Source: Promethearchaeota archaeon
Lineage (GTDB): Archaea > Asgardarchaeota > Lokiarchaeia > Sigyniarchaeales > SOKP01
Assembly: GCA_019058015.1 (NCBI GenBank)
Contig: JAHLWH010000111.1
Location: forward strand, 1-29,141
Length of the DNA: 29,141 nucleotides
Direction of reading: 5' to 3'
Positions 25,901-29,141 of this stretch are shown here, piece by piece (position 1 is the stretch's first letter; the number at the start of each line of letters is the position of its first letter). The translations under genes and the position numbers were made by a program. The notes under the pieces were generated by a model, which saw only the letters and a list, made by a program, of their open reading frames with translations, was not told where the DNA came from and did not search any database.

Positions 25901-26554
25901 TTGAACATTGAAATTCCTTTTGTAATTTTAATCGGTGGAAAGAGTAAAAGATTTGGTCTGGATAAAGGTTTGATAAAAGTATCCGGTAAATCATTTATTG
26001 TTCATCAAATTGAAACATTAAAAAAAATTAGTAAAAATATTTTCATTTCTGCGTATGATAAATTTCAAATTCAAACTTATAAAAAAGGATTGACTAAATT
26101 TGATTTTTTATCCTTTATTTTAGATGATTATTCAATTTTGGATGGAAAAAAATTACGAAGCCCTCTACTTGGAATATATTCATCCTTTAAATATCTTTTA
26201 AGAACTAAATTTAAAAAAATTTTTATAATCTCTTGCGATTTGCCGCTAATAAATTATGAGGTTCTCATCTTGATGTTAAAAGAATCCTTAAATTTCGATT
26301 GTTGTATCCCTCGATGGAAAAATGGATACCTAGAACCACTTTTCGCTGTATATCCTATAGAAAAAGGATATCTTATGGCAAAACAAAATTTAAAACTTAA
26401 GAAATTTAGGTTAAGAAAACTTCTAAATGAAGATTGGAAGATAAATTTTGTATCGATTGAAGATAAAATTAAAAATTATGATAATGAATTAACGACTTTT
26501 TATAACATCAATAAAGAAGAAGATCTAGAAAAATTAAAGACTAAGCTTTCTTAA
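25901..26554 (+). CDS. mobA: Molybdenum cofactor guanylyltransferase
   Basis: ILIGGKSKRFGLDKGL, SPLLGIYS, SCDLPLI, EPLFAVY, FYNINKEEDL. Confidence 0.9.
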   Translation: MNIEIPFVILIGGKSKRFGLDKGLIKVSGKSFIVHQIETLKKISKNIFISAYDKFQIQTYKKGLTKFDFLSFILDDYSILDGKKLRSPLLGIYSSFKYLLRTKFKKIFIISCDLPLINYEVLILMLKESLNFDCCIPRWKNGYLEPLFAVYPIEKGYLMAKQNLKLKKFRLRKLLNEDWKINFVSIEDKIKNYDNELTTFYNINKEEDLEKLKTKLS

Positions 26555-26683
26555 AAAAAAGAGTTATTAAGATAAAGTCTTCAGACATTCTTGTTAATAG
26601 AATTAAATCTAAACTTTTTTAATATATATAATTTTTAACTAATTAAGATTCAATAGAAGAGAGAAGAAGAAAAAATCAAGAAA

Positions 26684-28075
26684 ATGCCCGTTCAAGTAGC
26701 ATTCATGCAACTTTCTAGTTGTTGGGGTTGCCACCAAAGTCTCCTTAATGCACACTTAGGATTATTGGGTATTCTCCCAGAGTTAGAAATTGTATATTGG
26801 CCAGCTGTTGTGGATTTCAAACATGATTCACTTGAAGCAAGAGAAGATAGTTCAATTGTCGTAGGATTTATTGAGGGTTTAATCCGAACCCATGAAGATT
26901 TAGAAAATACTAAATTAATGAGAAAGAAATGTCAAATTATAATTGCTTTTGGATCATGTGCTTGTTATGGAGGCATTCCTGGGCTAAGTAATCTTTATAA
27001 AAAAGATGATCTTTTACAAAGGAAATTTATTGAAGCAGAATCAATTACAGAATCTAGAATTCCAGACCAGAATGTTCCACCTATTGAAGACTATATTGTT
27101 AATGTTAAAGAAATTATTGGTGTTGATATTTTTCTTCCTGGTTGCCCCCCAACCACTGATAATATTATTGCTTCAATTTCATATTTATTAAGTTTATTAG
27201 CACCCGATCCAGAAAAGAAAGATGTTAATAAATGTGTATGCGAACAATGTTCATTATATAAAGATGAGTGTCTCATTGAAAAAGGAAAGTTATGTTTTGG
27301 ACCAATTACCGCTAGTGGATGTGATTTAAAATGCCCGGAAAACGGTAGTCCTTGTGTAGGTTGTTTTAAAGCAAGTTCAAAAGTTGGTGATAAAGGAAAG
27401 AGTCTTTTAAATTTACTAACCTCAATTGGTGAAATCGACACGCCCACCGGATTAGATATTCAAAAATTTCTCGCACTATATTTAGGATTATCTAATTTGG
27501 AACATATGTATTTCAAAGGAGATTTATTGCAACGATTGGCCAAAGAACCTGATACCTTTTCTGAAAAAATAATTTCAACTTCTAATGGAAATCAAAAAGT
27601 TTTAGAAATTAAAATGACGGGAAATGAATTAATTGATAACATTATTGGATTACTGCTTTATATATTAAGAGATAGCCCAGAATTTAAATTTAGCCAAAAA
27701 ACCGTTTGTAGTACATGCGACAGAGAAGTTGTTGATAAAGTTTTTACTGAAATAAAAAGGGATTATGAAGGCTTACCTACAATGGATACGTGCTTTTTTG
27801 AACAAGGATATGTATGTCTAGGACCAGTAACTAAAGCTGGATGTGGAACAATTTGTCTAAATAAAGCAAATGCTCCATGCTTGGGCTGCTATGGACCTCC
27901 CGAAAATATAAAAGATGCAGGAGCTAAATTCTTATCTACTTATTGTTCTATTGCACAAAATGAACCCGAAGAAATTGCTCAAATAATTAAAGATCCTGCT
28001 GGACTCTTTTACAGATTCACGCTCCCAAGTAGCATTTTTAGACGAAAACGCGATGATTTTAAGGAGGATAAATAA
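26684..28075 (+). CDS. mvhG: Group 3 [NiFe]-hydrogenase small subunit (MvhG/VhuG-like) with duplicated C-terminal Fe-S module
   Basis: SSCWGCHQS, EGLIRTHED, GSCACYGG, PGCPP; two Cys modules CEQC..CL.EKG.LCFGP.T..GC...CP.NG.PCVGC and CSTC..CFFEQG.VCLGP.T.AGC...C...NAPCLGCYGP; DPAGLFYRFTL. Confidence 0.85.
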   Translation: MPVQVAFMQLSSCWGCHQSLLNAHLGLLGILPELEIVYWPAVVDFKHDSLEAREDSSIVVGFIEGLIRTHEDLENTKLMRKKCQIIIAFGSCACYGGIPGLSNLYKKDDLLQRKFIEAESITESRIPDQNVPPIEDYIVNVKEIIGVDIFLPGCPPTTDNIIASISYLLSLLAPDPEKKDVNKCVCEQCSLYKDECLIEKGKLCFGPITASGCDLKCPENGSPCVGCFKASSKVGDKGKSLLNLLTSIGEIDTPTGLDIQKFLALYLGLSNLEHMYFKGDLLQRLAKEPDTFSEKIISTSNGNQKVLEIKMTGNELIDNIIGLLLYILRDSPEFKFSQKTVCSTCDREVVDKVFTEIKRDYEGLPTMDTCFFEQGYVCLGPVTKAGCGTICLNKANAPCLGCYGPPENIKDAGAKFLSTYCSIAQNEPEEIAQIIKDPAGLFYRFTLPSSIFRRKRDDFKEDK

Positions 28076-28143
28076 TCTTATAAAAAATAAAATAAAAAAA
28101 TATATTGAATATTATTATTAAAAACCCGATAATGAATAAAAAA

Positions 28144-29141
28144 ATGTCAAAATCAATAATAATAAAAAATGGTCGTGTATATGACCCCAAAAATGGGATC
28201 GACGGAGATAAAATCCAAATTCATATTAAGGATGGTAAAATTGTAGAAAAAGTTAATGAAAAAGACGCAAAAGTTATCGATGCAACTGGAATGATTGTAT
28301 TTCCTGGTGGAGTAGATATTCATGCACATATTGCTGGTGCTAAAGTAAATACAGGACGAGCTTTTAGACCAGAAGACCATAAAAAAGACCCTGTGCCAAA
28401 AACTAAATTTACAAGAGGTGGATCGGGATATTCTGTTCCATCAACATTTGTCACTGCATATAGATATGCTCAATTAGGTTATACAACAGTTGCAGAACCT
28501 GCAATGCCTCCACTAAAAGCAAGACATACCCATGAAGAATTTATAGATATGCCAATAATAGATAAAATGGCTTTTCCATTATTCGGAAATAATTGGTTTG
28601 TAATTCAATATATTAAAGACAATGATATTGATAAATTATCAGCTTATATTGCTTGGTTATTAGAAGCCACTAAAGGTTATGCAGTAAAACTCGTAAATCC
28701 AGGGGGGGTTGAGTCTTGGGGTTGGGGGAAGAATTGCGAATCTTTGGACGACCATGTAACTTATTTTGACGTAACTCCCAGACAAATTATTGAAGGTTTA
28801 GCCAATGCTAATGAAAGATTAGGATTACCCCATACTATTCATGTTCATGCAAATAATTTAGGACACCCAGGCAATTATTCTCATACCATCGAAACCTTTA
28901 AAACAGTCGAGAAAATTTCTCCATCATTGGGAAGAAAAAATGTTATGCACATCACTCATCTTCAATTTAATTGTTATGGAGGGACAGATTGGAAAGATTT
29001 TGAATCAGCTGCATCAAAAGTTGCCGAATATCTTAATTCTCATGAACCTATAACCGCTGATATTGGGCAGGTAATCTTTACTAATACAACAACTATGACA
29101 GCAGATGGTCCTTGGGAATATGCTTTACATCATATTTCTGG
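28144..29141 (+). CDS. fwdA: Formylmethanofuran dehydrogenase subunit A, 3'-truncated by window
   Basis: MSKSIIIKNGRVYDPKNGIDG...PGGVDIHAHIAGAKVNTGRAFRPEDH...GYSVPSTFVTAYRYAQLGYT...VKLVNPGG...HVHANNLGHPGN; open to the window end; in-frame ATG 28132 is an alternative start. Confidence 0.95.
   Translation, partial: MSKSIIIKNGRVYDPKNGIDGDKIQIHIKDGKIVEKVNEKDAKVIDATGMIVFPGGVDIHAHIAGAKVNTGRAFRPEDHKKDPVPKTKFTRGGSGYSVPSTFVTAYRYAQLGYTTVAEPAMPPLKARHTHEEFIDMPIIDKMAFPLFGNNWFVIQYIKDNDIDKLSAYIAWLLEATKGYAVKLVNPGGVESWGWGKNCESLDDHVTYFDVTPRQIIEGLANANERLGLPHTIHVHANNLGHPGNYSHTIETFKTVEKISPSLGRKNVMHITHLQFNCYGGTDWKDFESAASKVAEYLNSHEPITADIGQVIFTNTTTMTADGPWEYALHHIS

Noticed and set aside
28076-28143. Weak hairpin with an A-rich loop between mvhG and fwdA as a possible SECIS
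   Set aside because: Stem is short and AT-only, lacks canonical core spacing, and neither flanking gene shows an in-frame TGA in the visible sequence
1237-28380. Short ORF-track entries antisense to or overlapping longer genes (e.g. 1237-1512, 5221-5493, 7737-7949, 8474-8671, 9317-9532, 9821-10141, 10551-10763, 11277-11465, 13006-13221, 15845-16135, 18547-18918, 19006-19299, 21231-21476, 22011-22223, 23626-23841, 23974-24177, 25418-25603, 27006-27191, 27091-27447, 28153-28380)
   Set aside because: Shadow frames of better-supported genes; Ile/Ser/Phe-rich with no recognisable motifs
1-29141. rRNA, tRNA, CRISPR array or provirus
   Set aside because: No GC-rich structural RNA signatures, regularly spaced repeats or viral hallmark genes recognised by eye

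Overview
Very AT-rich, gene-dense archaeal DNA. The gene content (roadblock, longin and Arf/Rag-like small GTPase proteins, ribosomal protein L13e, FwdA, MvhG-like subunit, ADP-forming acyl-CoA synthetases, many TTG starts) points to an Asgard archaeon, most likely Lokiarchaeia; this is inferred from gene content only. The first 5.5 kb holds eukaryotic-signature signalling genes: a roadblock protein with an in-frame TGA, a stand-alone ATP-cone protein, a longin/uDENN-GTPase-roadblock fusion and a longin-winged-helix protein. These are followed by an L13e-HhH fusion, a Trm9-like methyltransferase and a solo TnpB with a rearranged RuvC and a structured 3' end. Three tandem membrane hexapeptide-repeat (LbetaH) genes together resemble a split version of the C1-C2-C3 module of Pls/PosA polymer synthetases. 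The rest is sugar, nucleoside and acyl-CoA metabolism, a missed 55-aa ORF with an intermediate-filament-like motif, a cyclophilin, and mobA, an enlarged mvhG and fwdA (truncated by the window end). No rRNA, tRNA or CRISPR array was recognised. All calls are by motif recognition; no database searches were run.
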